This document shows positions 1 to 11,330 of a stretch of DNA of 64,000 nt, piece after piece. A program made the position numbers and the translations under genes. The DNA comes from the human T2T-CHM13v2.0 reference genome, Homo sapiens. The stretch lies in assembly GCF_009914755.1 (NCBI RefSeq), contig NC_060935.1. One strand, given 5' to 3'. The notes below the pieces were generated by a model. That model worked only from the letters and a program-made list of their open reading frames with translations. It made no database searches and was not told the DNA's origin. Every line of letters begins with the position of its first letter. Position 1 is the stretch's first letter.

Positions 1-1918
1 TTCACAATTTATTGGCAAGTCTCAAACAACTATAATACTAAAAATATATTTTATTTTGAGAGTAAATCAATCATTTTCGCTAGCTTCTTAAATTGCTAGA
101 CATTTTAAAGTATCATTTCACCTAAAATGTAAAGCTAGTAGTCCATACAGTGTGGGGTTTAAAATGTTCTTGCGTGTGTTCATACAGCTGTTCATTATAG
201 TGGCTAATATTGGACTAAGGAGAACAATAGACTAAATAGTGACCAAGTCACTAATTCAGTAGGTGATAGTGAACAAATCACCTCAATCTCATTTCTCCAT
301 TTCGGAAAATGAAAAGTTAAGTAAAGATATCAAAGTTTCCTTCCAAGTCTAAAACTCTATGAATCAGTGTCTATTGTAAATAGATAAAGAATATAATTTC
401 ATCAAAGAAATATAACCCATTTCACCCATCAATAAACAAGAAAATTGTGTCTAAATAACAGAATGTTAAGAATAAAAACAAATAAGCAAAATAACACTCA
501 TCTAAAAATGTCCCCTGAATTGTTATCATAACATGTGCCTGAGCAACTCTAGCTAGTGATTTTACAGTCTGTATAATTAGGATTTAATGACCAAATCTCT
601 TCTGAAAGTAACAGGGATCATATATTCATTCTCAGCAGAATTAAAGCTGCCCAGGCCAGCTGTGAAACTAACATTGACTTAAAATCCTAGATCCATTTGT
701 CCAGAGACTCCAGTCTCTGACCTTAAGAAATTCACATGACATCAGATTTCTGTCTCTGTAAAATGTTATGATATAACTTCTAGGACTCTTGAGAGGGTAA
801 ATTAGTTAATGTTTCTAATGGATAATGATTGACTAAAGAAAGATAATCCCAGTGTTTCACTAGAAAGAATCTGAATGCTCAAGAGCATAGATATTTCAAT
901 AAAAGTTTAAAAAAAGCTTCAAGATCATGCAGCAGATCTAAAACAATATTTGTGAATAAAAGCAAAATAAAAATTAAAATCTTATCCTGACACCATGTGA
1001 ATAACTAGTTTGAAATTGAATAGTTTGGAGGGAAAAATATAATATATATAACTAAGACACATTGAATATATATATATAACTAAGACACATTGAATCTGAT
1101 ATCATAAAATCATTCTCTTTTCAAGTTAAAATGTTTATGGGAATTACATGATATTCTTTAATTATTAAAATGTAAAAAACGCAACTCAAAACAGGTAAAC
1201 ATGAATTCAAGAGCTCCTATAAATGGTGTTTTGAGTTAAACTGCTCCAATATTTCCAAAAAAAGAAAAGAAAACTACATTTCTGAGAGTTGAACACAACC
1301 TGTTACTAATTTCTATAAAGTTCAGGCAACTACATTTTCCATTCTTGAAAATAAATAAATGAAAATGGATTTAATCTTAAGCAATCAATGAAGTGACTTA
1401 TTTAAAAGGTTGCCATGGGGGAGTGGAGCAGGCTATTGTTTGGTTTGTTGGTTTGCTTGTTTCGGTGTTCATTTTGGCTTCTCTCAATAGATTTTTTTTT
1501 CCTCTTAGCTAATTTTAAGATTCCAAAACTCATGACATGTCACAATTAAACATCTCCTAGGAAGTGCACAGTCTGATTAGCACATTAACTCAGGCATAAA
1601 CCAGCCATGACCACGTTGCCTCCACTCTGGATCAGACCAGTCTGGGGAAGGATAATCATGATGAGAACCCCCAATAAAACATATTAATCCCAATGTTATA
1701 TTTTATCTTCTAGCAATTAAGATCTTATTTTTTCTATCAATTCGTATGTATTTTTTTTACTCTTTAATTTTATTACGAGAATAATAACCCAGAAATAAAA
1801 GTGGATACTCTAGTTCTGAGAAGTAAATACTTTCACCTTCATTCTCAAAGATTCCCACCTTCAGAAAACTCAGAAGATGAGACAGAAGTCAGGGAGATTT
1901 TTATAGTTCTATACCAAT

Positions 1919-2523
1919 TTTATTTATTTATTTAAATAAATAAATAAATAAATTTATTTATTTAAATATTTATTTATTTATTTAGCTGTGTCACCCAGGC
2001 TGGAATGCAGTGGCCCAATCATAGCTCACTGCTGCCTCCAAACTCCTGGGCTCAAGCAATCCTCCTGCCTCAGCCTTCCAAGTAGCTGCAATTACATGCA
2101 TGTGCCACCACGCCCAGCTAATATATGTGTGTGTGTGTGTGTGTGTGTTTGTGTGCATATATACACATATATACACATACATATATATGTGTATATATAC
2201 ATATATGTGTGTATATATGTGTATATATACATATATATGTGTGTATATATGTGTATATATACATATATATGTGTGTATATATGTGTATATATACATATAT
2301 ATGTGTGTATATATGTGTATATATACATATATATGTGTGTATATATGTGTATATATACATATATATGTGTGTATATATGTGTATATATACATATATATGT
2401 GTGTATATATGTGTATATATATGTATATTTTTTTTATTTTTGTAAAGATGGGGTCTCACTTTGTTGCTCTGGCTAGTCTCAAACTCCTGGCTTCAAGCAA
2501 TGCTCCCACCTTGGCCTCCCAAA
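1919..2523 (-). mobile_element. Old Alu (AluJ-like) split by a TA/TG minisatellite
   Basis: Alu arms at about 1986-2121 and 2426-2523, with an (ATTT)n tail at 1919-1983. Confidence 0.85.
2122..2426. repeat. (TG)n plus 32-bp-unit minisatellite (ATATATGTGTGTATATATGTGTATATATACAT)
   Basis: About 7 near-perfect 32-bp units; the ORF track shows the matching 32-aa (96-nt) periodicity. Confidence 0.92.
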
Positions 2524-2639
2524 CCAATAATTTTTGTAGTTCCACAACTTCCCATCCTTTGACAATTCCTGCTTAGTAGAGGAGGAGCAAGAGGACTACC
2601 CATGTCCTGATGTCTCTTTTACAGCCTGGTTAGTTGGCC

Positions 2640-2750
2640 ACATATTATTAAATAAATGTCACTGGTTTCTTTTTCCTTTTTTTAATGTGCTACTAGAAAA
2701 CTTTAAATTATATATATGACTTGCTTTATGTTTCTGTTGGGCAGCACTGG
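2640..2750. mobile_element. MER3-like DNA transposon fragment
   Basis: …TTTAATGTGCTACTAGAAAACTTTAAATTATATAT…GGGCAGCACTG resembles the MER3 end. Confidence 0.55.
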
Positions 2751-2809
2751 TAAAAATTAATACTAACCAGTAGTATAAGTATCTGACATGGACCAGTGAA
2801 GTCGTTTAG

Positions 2810-3025
2810 AAAAGCTACGTAGTATGATGAAAAAGCAGAGGTCAGACAGGGCTGTATTCAAATCCTAGCTCTGACACTGACCATTAAAAGGTATTTCAGC
2901 GAGTCATACAGCTTCCTCAGCCCATATTTCCTTGTATGTAAAACAGAGAGAACAGTTTCCCAGCTTAAACAAAACATTTGTAAAATTCCTGGCATATCAC
3001 AGGTATAAGTAAACATTTGAATAAA
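2810..3025 (+). mobile_element. MIR
   Basis: Core-like TTCAAATCCTAGCTCTGACACT…CCTCAG…TTTCCTTGTATGTAAAA. Confidence 0.6.
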
Positions 3026-5140
3026 AAGTCATTCTTCAATAGAAAATAGAGATTTTCAAGCAATTACTAAGAATTAACTGTTTCTCATTGTCTGTGTCTT
3101 CCAATAAATGGACCATATTCTGTGGGTCCTTCCTGTACTAGTACAACTTTGTTATTACCTTACATTTCACAGACGAATGACAGCAACTTTATACTCAAAG
3201 CTATTATCAAAATGTTCAGCCATGAAAGTATTGTTTCTATTTGCATTTTAAATGGTACAATGAAATACATTTCCAGAAATAACATCATGATTTTTACAAA
3301 CCTAAAATCCACCTAAAAGAGACTTATAATATACCTTGACTCTCTTCAGGAATCCCACATGCGTATACCAGTGGGACCAAGTGTTTGCTAAGTTCTAAGA
3401 TGCATCACTCTAAGATGCTAAGTTAATAACATATAGTTCTTAAAAATGTAAAACATCAGAACCAGCAATATTTATTTAAAAATTAATTCTATCTCTTTGT
3501 TATACTGCATTTCTTTGCAATTTGAAAAGTGCCTGCAAATTGTTACTCTATGAAATAATGCAACACTTATTATAAGATTAGAAAAGATAAGCCTAGGACA
3601 TAAAATTAAACACTACTTCATAGATAGTAAAACTGTAGAAGGAGTTTCTTTTCCAATAAAAGGTAATATACAGACTGAAAATACCTATTCCAAAATAGCT
3701 TAGATAAATTAATGACTGGAAAATTCATAACAGATAATTACTGAGAAGTTTATAAGTCATATTTTATCTCTCAGCATGTAGAAAGACCATTCCTGTCCAC
3801 AGTGACTCTTGGTAAAATGGAGAATACTTACCAGATAGCTCAAATATCAACTCACTATAATTATACTTGTGTGTTCTTAAAAACTAATTTATAACAACCT
3901 CTCCTTTCTTGAATCTGTTTCTTATCCTTTATGCTCCTAGTCTTCCATTTGGTCCTTTTATCATTTTTTTTCTTCATTCCCTTGATCAATATTTATTGAG
4001 CCCTATGTGTCAGCAGTCCTTGAAGCTCATTACCCTGTCTGTTATTCAAGCAGAAGCAGTGAAGTGGGATGGAAGTAGAGAGGTGAAACATAGTTTAAAT
4101 GTTTTCCAAATTTGTTGGTTTATGTTTCTGTGCATATGTGATCTTAATCATATCTGACTTACCACCAAATTAAATTTGAAATTCAGTTATACAGTATCCA
4201 AGTTCATGAAAATTAATGAGTTGGTTTCCAAATAATTATTTTTTTAAGAAATAAGATGTTATTTTAGCTTATACTATCTCACAAAGCTAAAATCCAAAGT
4301 TCAGTTATGGCTTTCTAGGTTATTGCAATAAATTTCCAATTCTTAGATTTTTATATTAATACAAATACCTCGTGATCCAGAGCAAATTTTACCATTCTAT
4401 ATCTAAAGAGTTTTCTCCAAGTTGTTCATCAAGTTATGTAATAGATGAGATAAAGCTTCCACTGAAAAACGTCCTATTCATTAACTTACACCTAATGGGG
4501 AAATACTAGAAAACAAAACCAAAAAGTTATCAGACCTCATGTGTTTATTAGAAGAAACCTTTTCTTGTTTATTGAATTATAATTATTTATTTGTTGGTTT
4601 TTCCATTATATTGTAAGCAACTTGAGGGGCGAGGTGAGGTCTTACTCTCTGGGTGCCCATCTGAAATGTATAGGTTTCAAGACAGTTCCTGGATTGGATG
4701 GATGAAAGAAATAAATGAAATGGGTTTAGCTTTACAGACTATTTTTTTCAACCCATTGGCTTAAAACCTAGAAGTTAAACTTTATAAAGTGTGTGATCAA
4801 CAGATTATGATATTACTTTGTTGTATAAAAAATTAATTAATTAATTCAACTGCAACTTGTTGCAGGCTTAATATGTGCCAATCACTAGTCTGGGTACTGA
4901 GAATTACAGATAAATAAGATCTCTCCATGTAAAACATAGAAGGGAGAGCTGGTTCCACTGAATTTGTCTGAGCTCGTCTTAATTTTAAGTAGTCATTAAA
5001 CCATGAAAAAAAATAAAAAAGCAAAATGTGTTTTTTTCTGCACCCCCCCACTCACCAAAATGCAAAATCTATTTTTTCAGGTTCCCTAAGTTTTTGCAGG
5101 GTTTTACACTTTTTGCTTGTTGCTTAGAAAATGCAATCTC

Positions 5141-5457
5141 AGCCGGGCATGGTGGCTCACGCCTGTAATTTCAGCACTGTGGGAGGCTGAGGCAGGCGGA
5201 TCACTTGAGGTCAGGAGTTCTAGACCAGCCTGACCAACATGGTGAAACCTTGTGTCTACTAAAAATACAAAAATTAGCCAGGTGTGCTGGTGCGTGCCTG
5301 TAGTCCCAGCTACTCAGAAGGCTGAGGCAGGAGAATTGCTTGAACCAGGCAATCAGAGGTTGCAGTGAGCTGAGATCACTCCACTGCACTCCAGCCTGGG
5401 CATCGCAGCAAGACTCTGTCTCAAAAAAAAAAAAAAAAAAGAAAGAAAGAAAGAAAA
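5141..5457 (+). mobile_element. AluS
   Basis: Full dimer with A/GAAA tail; TSD AGAAAA(T/C)GCAATCTC at 5126-5140 and 5458-5472. Confidence 0.93.
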
Positions 5458-6153
5458 AGAAAACGCAATCTCCTTGTGCAAAGTAATATGCCTTCAGTGA
5501 CACTATCTTCTGTTAAGCAGTCAAATAAGAAGGAGATGGAACAGAAGAATGAAATCAGAAACATCATAGAAAAGAAAGAAAAATATTAACATAAAATAAA
5601 TCAGAAAAAAGTTTTGCCCAGTATCTTTCTCATATTATAGTAGAATACTGGAATATCATCAGCCACTAACCCAAAGCAAGCACTGAGAACTGCCCAGAAA
5701 TGAATAACCCCATTAGACCCATATTTTGTGAGAGTTGTCAGTAAAAACAAACAGTGCAGAAATCCTCTGGATAAGCTCATGAGCAGGCTAAAAGCACTGA
5801 TAAGTATATACTAAAAGCTTGTTATTGGTTGATCCTCCTAGTGAATCAGATCCTTCAGGGTACTTAGCAGCTGGCAATAAGTAGCAATTTTTTTAAGGCA
5901 CCAATAACCTGGTCTGGCAGGTTCATTCGTTTCACTTCAGCAGATATTACCTTTGGTTCTTGAGAGAGTCAATCTTTTTAACTTGTACAAGTGTAAATGA
6001 TAAATCAGGAAAATGTGACCACTTTAGAGAACAACAAAGGTTTTCAAAGTGAAGAGTGCACATTTCTTTAATGAATGGAACTGACCAAACCTGTAGCAAT
6101 GTCTGCCAGTGTTAAACCCATTCCACCAGATTATCCAAGTTCAGCTTACTTAC

Positions 6154-6249
6154 CCCCAACATCTGGTGGAGGTAGTGATACTCTGGCCCTTGGTTATACA
6201 GCAAGAAGGTTTTCCAGAAAAGCAGGACATTCATGGAGAGCCAGATGAA
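6154..6249 (-). CDS. NOX4: NADPH oxidase 4, coding exon 2 (FIWLSMNVLLFWKTFLLYNQGPEYHYLHQMLG)
   Basis: Acceptor TTTAG|TTC and donor GGG|GTAAGT bound a 96-nt exon in frame with exon 1. The translation continues the NOX4 first transmembrane segment. Exon 3 is not in the window. Confidence 0.97.
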
Positions 6250-6809
6250 CTAAACCAATCAGACATGAGAGACAGAAAACAAAAATTGAAAATAATTATT
6301 ACCTGATGAATAGAAACCACAGGTAAATTCTTCGACACAGTGCTTTCAATGGAACCTAAATCAGTAACTGCAGAAAGCATTTTCAATTAACCAGCAAGCT
6401 GAAAACCACTCAGAGGAAAACAAATCTGACTTTACCCAGCCCTTTCACCTGAGACTAAACATTTGGGTTGCAAATAGGTTTCCTAAATGATTTACAGCTA
6501 TCCCCTGCCGTACAAAATGAGATTAAGAAATTAATGACATCACCATACCCCAAGCAAACAGAAGTAATCTGGGAAAAGAACAAAGGGAGCAAAAATGTTT
6601 AAAGGGTAAAAAGAAAAGCTGTATTCACTGAAAATGACCTCTTCCCTCTTCCTCCACATCTCCTCTCCCATCAATGTGCAGAAAAATTCTCATGCATTTG
6701 GGGGACAGGCGAGGGGGTGGGAGGGGGAGTGTTCATTGTTATCTCCAGCATAAAGTTTTGTTAAGTTGAGAATGTTCGAATTAAGACAAAACTTCCACTT
6801 CCAGCTTCC

Positions 6810-7425
6810 CACCCGTGCACGCTCAGAGAATGAATCAAAATCACTGCAGGACAGAGAAAACGCAAGGAGAGCCTAGCCCGCCATCCTACCAGGCAGAGGT
6901 GTTTAACCCCTTCGTTGGCGAGCCAGCTCCTCCAGGACACAGCCATGCCGCCGGCCCCGCCGCGCTGCGCTCTGTGCCCGCCGGCCCGAGAAGGAGCGGG
7001 CGGCGGCCGGGGCAGCGGTTACAGTTGTGCGGCCTGCCGGGCCGCTGAGCGAGGACCGAGGGTCAAAGACTGAGTGGAAGCCCGAAGGCCCGGCGCCGAG
7101 CCAGCCCGGGCGGGGTCTGCTACCCAGAGCCGGGTTTTCCGGGCGCCCTGACTCCCACCCGCACCGGGTCAGCTCTGCCCACTCAGCTGCCCAGACGCCC
7201 AGCGCTCTGAGCGCGCGGCCCAGGCTGCACCAGTCTGCTCCGCCGCGCCTGCCCCTTTGTCTAGGGGCGAGCCTGTTGTTGTGGCTGCTGCTGTTCAGGA
7301 TGTCCCGGGTGGGAACTTGGAGGCGTCCCCCGCAGCCTCTACCCAGGCCTGCCAGGCTCCAAAATACTGGCAAACATGTGAACAATGCTACTCATACTAA
7401 AAGTGGGGACCCTCGCCGCCCCCTT
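6810..7425 (-). promoter_or_regulatory. NOX4: NOX4 CpG-island promoter and GC-rich 5' UTR
   Basis: The only strongly GC- and CpG-rich segment in the window. It has GC boxes (GGGCGGGG at about 7108-7115; GGGGCGGCG on minus at about 7414-7422) and no obvious TATA box. No upstream ATG occurs between 6947 and about 7185 on minus. The exact TSS cannot be read from sequence. Confidence 0.9.
6890..6946 (-). CDS. NOX4: NADPH oxidase 4, coding exon 1 (MAVSWRSWLANEGVKHLCL)
   Basis: The translation matches the NOX4 N-terminus as I recall it. ATG is in strong Kozak context (GGCGGC ATG G). The 57-nt exon ends at CTG|GTAGGA (phase 0) and lies within the CpG island. Confidence 0.97.

Positions 7426-7427
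<2 letters not shown>

Positions 7428-7462
<35 letters not shown>
7428..7462. repeat. (CA)~17 microsatellite in the NOX4 proximal promoter
   Basis: Uninterrupted AC dinucleotide run. Confidence 0.97.
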
Positions 7463-7463
<1 letters not shown>

Positions 7464-7567
7464 GAAGACACAGCTCTTTTAGACTGATTGTTTTCCCCCA
7501 AAAAAGTTCATCTCAAAGAGCCTTGGTAACGAAATTTGAGCCGGAAACAGCCTTTTGTGTGCTAGTT

Positions 7568-7572
7568 CACGT
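7568..7572 (-). promoter_or_regulatory. Candidate hypoxia-response element core (ACGTG)
   Basis: RCGTG core a few hundred bp upstream of the 5' UTR. NOX4 is a reported HIF-1 target, but a 5-mer alone is weak evidence. Confidence 0.45.
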
Positions 7573-8804
7573 TTCTCCCACCCTTCCTCAGCAAATTATC
7601 CCACTCCCAAACTAAAGCCCCCCTGACAGCCTTACCTAAGGCTTCCCACCAGCCGCCAGTTTCTTTATCCCCTTGCCCGCCCATCCCATACTGATAAAAA
7701 GGTTTTAAGACATTACTGAATAAGAAGAACCCAGGGAATTAATGGTTAAAGCTGATGTAATTCTTAGGGGCTCTAGGGGAACTTAGATTCACTCTATTCG
7801 GGAATCTTTTTGTTTTAATACCTAGTCTGTTTGTAAGTAATAGGAATCCTCTCAATCTTGTACCAGAGGTCCAGTGAAGAGTGAGAAGTGTGTGGAGTTG
7901 ACCCAGGTACCTATTCGACACTGCAACAAATCAGTATTAGAAAAGAGAGAGAAAAAAATGTCATTCATGTAGAAAAAAATCTGATGCAAAATAGATATCC
8001 AATAAAGGTTTGTTAAACCAATAACTTTTCTAGATTTAACAACTAATGAGAGACAGAAAAGTTTACTACTAGTTGCTTAATCGAATGGCTTTTAAACTCT
8101 TAAAATAAAAAATCTTACAACACAGGCCATAGGATATAATTAAAACTAAAATTTCAAAAAATACTACTACTCTCACTACATGCAATATACTTATTCCAAT
8201 TAATTTAATGAACTGATTAATGATTGCAGTCCTCAGTTTTAAAAATCAAAATGAATTCATATCAAGTCCCTGTTAGACTTCACACAATTTTCTAATAGCC
8301 TGTTTTTCCTGTTTCATGCATGACCAAATCCAGAAAGCTGTCCTAAATCTTTCTGAAGTTAGAGAGCATATTGTTTATAAATAATACTATGTTCTTTCTG
8401 ACCATGTGACACCTAAAGGATCAGGGAAAGAGCACACGAAAAACCCAAGGGGTCTCTCCACTGGAAGGAAGTCAAATTCTGGGATGCACTGGTGCTCCTA
8501 AGCTTTAATTTCAATAGATGGGGGCAGGAGGTTCATTGGCAGAATAGGTTCTTGTCATGAGTTGAGAAGCGTGAAACAATTCAAGAATAGTAAAATAAGA
8601 GACCATTTTTAAAAGCTTAGCGACTTTCAGAACAGCAAAAATAACAAAAAGACAAAAGGTTTAAAAAATGGCTCCAACTCTTAATAATGTACCTACTAAG
8701 TCCCAGGCTCTGTCTTTGCTACTTCATATACAAAATCTCACTCCATTCTCATAGTAGCCCTCCATGTGCGTGTTAGCACTCTCACTTTAAAGATGAGAAA
8801 CGGA

Positions 8805-9102
8805 CTGCCGGGCGCGGTGGCTCACGCCTGTAATCCCAACACTTTGGGAGGCCGAGGCGGGTGGATCACGGAGTCAGGAGATGGAGGCCATCCTGGCCAA
8901 CATGGTGAAACCCCGTCTCTACTAAAAATACAAAAATTAGCCGGGCGTGGTGGCAGGCGCCTGTAGTCCCAGCTATTCAGGAGGCTGAGGCAGAAGAATT
9001 GCTTGAACCTGGGAGGCAGAGGTTGCGGTGAGCCAAGATCGCACCACTGCACCCAACCCAGCCTGTGCGACAGAGCAAGACTCTATCTCAAAAAAAAAAA
9101 AG
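8805..9102 (+). mobile_element. AluS (Sc-like)
   Basis: Full dimer; TSD AGATGAGAAACGGA at 8791-8804 and 9103-9116; inserted in MIR-like sequence. Confidence 0.93.
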
Positions 9103-9420
9103 AGATGAGAAACGGAAGCTAAAAGAGATGAAGAAATTTGCTTGAGGTAATGAAACTGGGTTTGCTTCCAATTAAAACAACCTATAATCAGTTACTTTTG
9201 TAAAATTATTTTGTAAAATGATGGAATGCTTATATAAATGTTGGTTATTACTTATGGCTATTATTTCATAACTCTGTAAGAGGGGACTGAGATCTGTTTA
9301 TGTTGCTTTACCAGGAAACAGTACTCCAAGCCATCCCCAAGGGACAGAGCTAGTGTCCTGTTACGCAGGAACTCTCATTAATGAGATTGTTTGCAATACA
9401 ATTTTCTCTAAGCCAGATTG

Positions 9421-9423
<3 letters not shown>

Positions 9424-9469
<46 letters not shown>

Positions 9470-9758
9470 TTAGATGGAGTTTTGCTCTTGTTGCCCAGGC
9501 TGGAGTGCAATGTCGTAATCTCGGCTGACTGTAACCTCCACCTCCTGGGTTCAAGCAATTCTCTCACCTCAGCCTCCCAAGTAGAGTAGCTGGGATCACA
9601 GGCATGTGCCAACCCGCCCAGCTAATTTGTGTATTTTTAGTAGAGACGGGGTTTCACCACATTGGCCAGGCTGCTTTTGAACTCCTGACCTCAGGTGATC
9701 CACCAGCCTCGGCCTCCCTAACTGCTGGGATTACAGGCGTGAGCCACCGTGCCTGGCC
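9424..9758 (-). mobile_element. AluS with (TTA)n tail
   Basis: Full dimer; TSD CCAGATTGTTT at 9413-9423 and 9761-9771. Confidence 0.93.
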
Positions 9759-10500
9759 AACCAGATTGTTTAATGACATAGTTGCTGTATTTCCCAAACT
9801 AGGAAAGGCCATTCTTGAAAGTAATGGGGAGAGAGTTCTGTAGCTACATCAGTATTTTAAATATTATAAGAAAATTCACACTTTCTCCAGGAACAGACTT
9901 TACAATAAAAACTCAAATGACAGATACCTTTGATTTTTGGCTGAAATAATGGTAAGCTAGTAGTATAACACTGATCTTCCTATGTTAATTATAAAACCTA
10001 TTGGCAGTTAGAACTGTTCTTAACCTATTATATATTACTTAAACACAGAAACTTTTTTGTAGACAGTGTTTTTCAAAATATGAAATGCACTGGGGAAATA
10101 CAATACTCTTTCTACATAATCATTACTGCATTTTCCACAAATTAATTTAATTATACATATGTGTGTGTCTAATTCTCCTACTCAACTGAACTTCTTAAGG
10201 ACAAAAATCCTGTCTTACTCCATTTTTATTCTAGGACTTAGCACATAGCTTGACACATAGTAGGAATTTACACAACGTTTATTAGATGAAGGAATAGTGG
10301 TTAAGTATATCATCTTTCTTTCCGTGCCTTTCTCAAATCCCAATTTCTCAAGCATAACTCTCCAGTAATATAAAAATAGTTTCTGCTCAGCTTGACAATT
10401 AATGACCAGAAAAGGTAAAGAAACGGGGCAAGAACCCCTTAAAATGGATGTTACCAACCCCACAGGTTAAACGATAGGAATTTAAGACAAGTGGGCCCTT

Positions 10501-11330
10501 CTGTTAGTTTCCTATGGCTGTGCTAACAAATCACTACAGATGTCATGGGCTAAAACAACAGAAATTTATCGTCTCACAGTTCTGAATGTCAGAAGTCTGA
10601 AATCAGTATTATTGGTTCAAAATCAAGGTGTTCACCAGATCACAATATTTTCTTTTCTTCTTTTGAGACAGGATCTCGCTGTGTCACCCAAGCTGGAGTG
10701 GAGTGGTGCAATCATGGCTCACTGCAGCCTTGACCACCCAAGCTCAGGTGATCTTCTCTCCTTAGCCTCCAGTGTAGCTGGGACTACAGGTGCACACCAC
10801 CACGCCTGGTTCATTTTTAGTTAGTTTGCTTTTTGTTTGTTTGGTTTTGTTTTTTGTTTTTGTAGAGACGAGATTTTGCCATTTTGCCCAGGCTGGTATC
10901 AAACTCCTGGGTTCAAGTGATCCACCAGACTCAGCCTCCCAAAGTCCTGGGATTACATGCGTGAGCCACTGCAACTAATGCACCATCTTTTCTGATGTGC
11001 TAAAGAGAATCTGTTCCTTGTCTCTTCCAGATTCCAGTGGCTGCTGACATTCTTTGATTTGTGGCTGTATCACTCTAATCTCTGCCTCGGTGGTCACATT
11101 GCCTCCTCCTCTTCAATCTGTGTGTGTGTCAAATCACCCTCTGCCTCTCTCTTACCAGGACACTTTTGATTGTATTCAGGGCTCACCCAGATAATCCAGG
11201 ATAATATCCCTATGCAGGATACTTAAATTTAATCACTTCTGCAAAGTCCCTTTTTCCTTATAAAGTAACTTTACAAGTTCCTGAGATTAGGATATGTTAT
11301 CTTTAGGTGGCTATTATTTAGCCTAGGATA
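10501..11330 (-). mobile_element. MLT1 (C/D-like) solo LTR interrupted by an AluJ at about 10648-10975
   Basis: AAACAACAGAAATTTAT…CTCACAGTTCTG and CCAGATAATCCAGGATAAT…TAATCACTTCTGCAAAGTCCC are MaLR LTR hallmarks flanking a minus-strand Alu. Confidence 0.8.

Noticed and set aside
1988-2576. Six overlapping ORFs rich in Y/I/C/V/H
   Set aside because: Artefacts of the stop-free TA/TG minisatellite and Alu sequence.
6303-6355. 53-nt AG…GT-bounded micro-exon candidate
   Set aside because: It would leave a 53-nt intron before exon 2, which is too short for typical human splicing, and the acceptor is weak.
6761-6889. ORF-track extension of NOX4 exon 1 (VGWRARLSL…)
   Set aside because: Read-through past the GT donor at 6889; the true frame continues in exon 2.
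6947-7021. In-frame CTG 23 codons upstream of the NOX4 ATG (possible N-terminal extension)
   Set aside because: Poor Kozak context and an in-frame TAA two codons further upstream; no other support.
6815-7482. 77-160 aa ORFs on both strands of the CpG island
   Set aside because: Non-ATG starts, and stop scarcity is expected from the high GC content; no recognisable protein.
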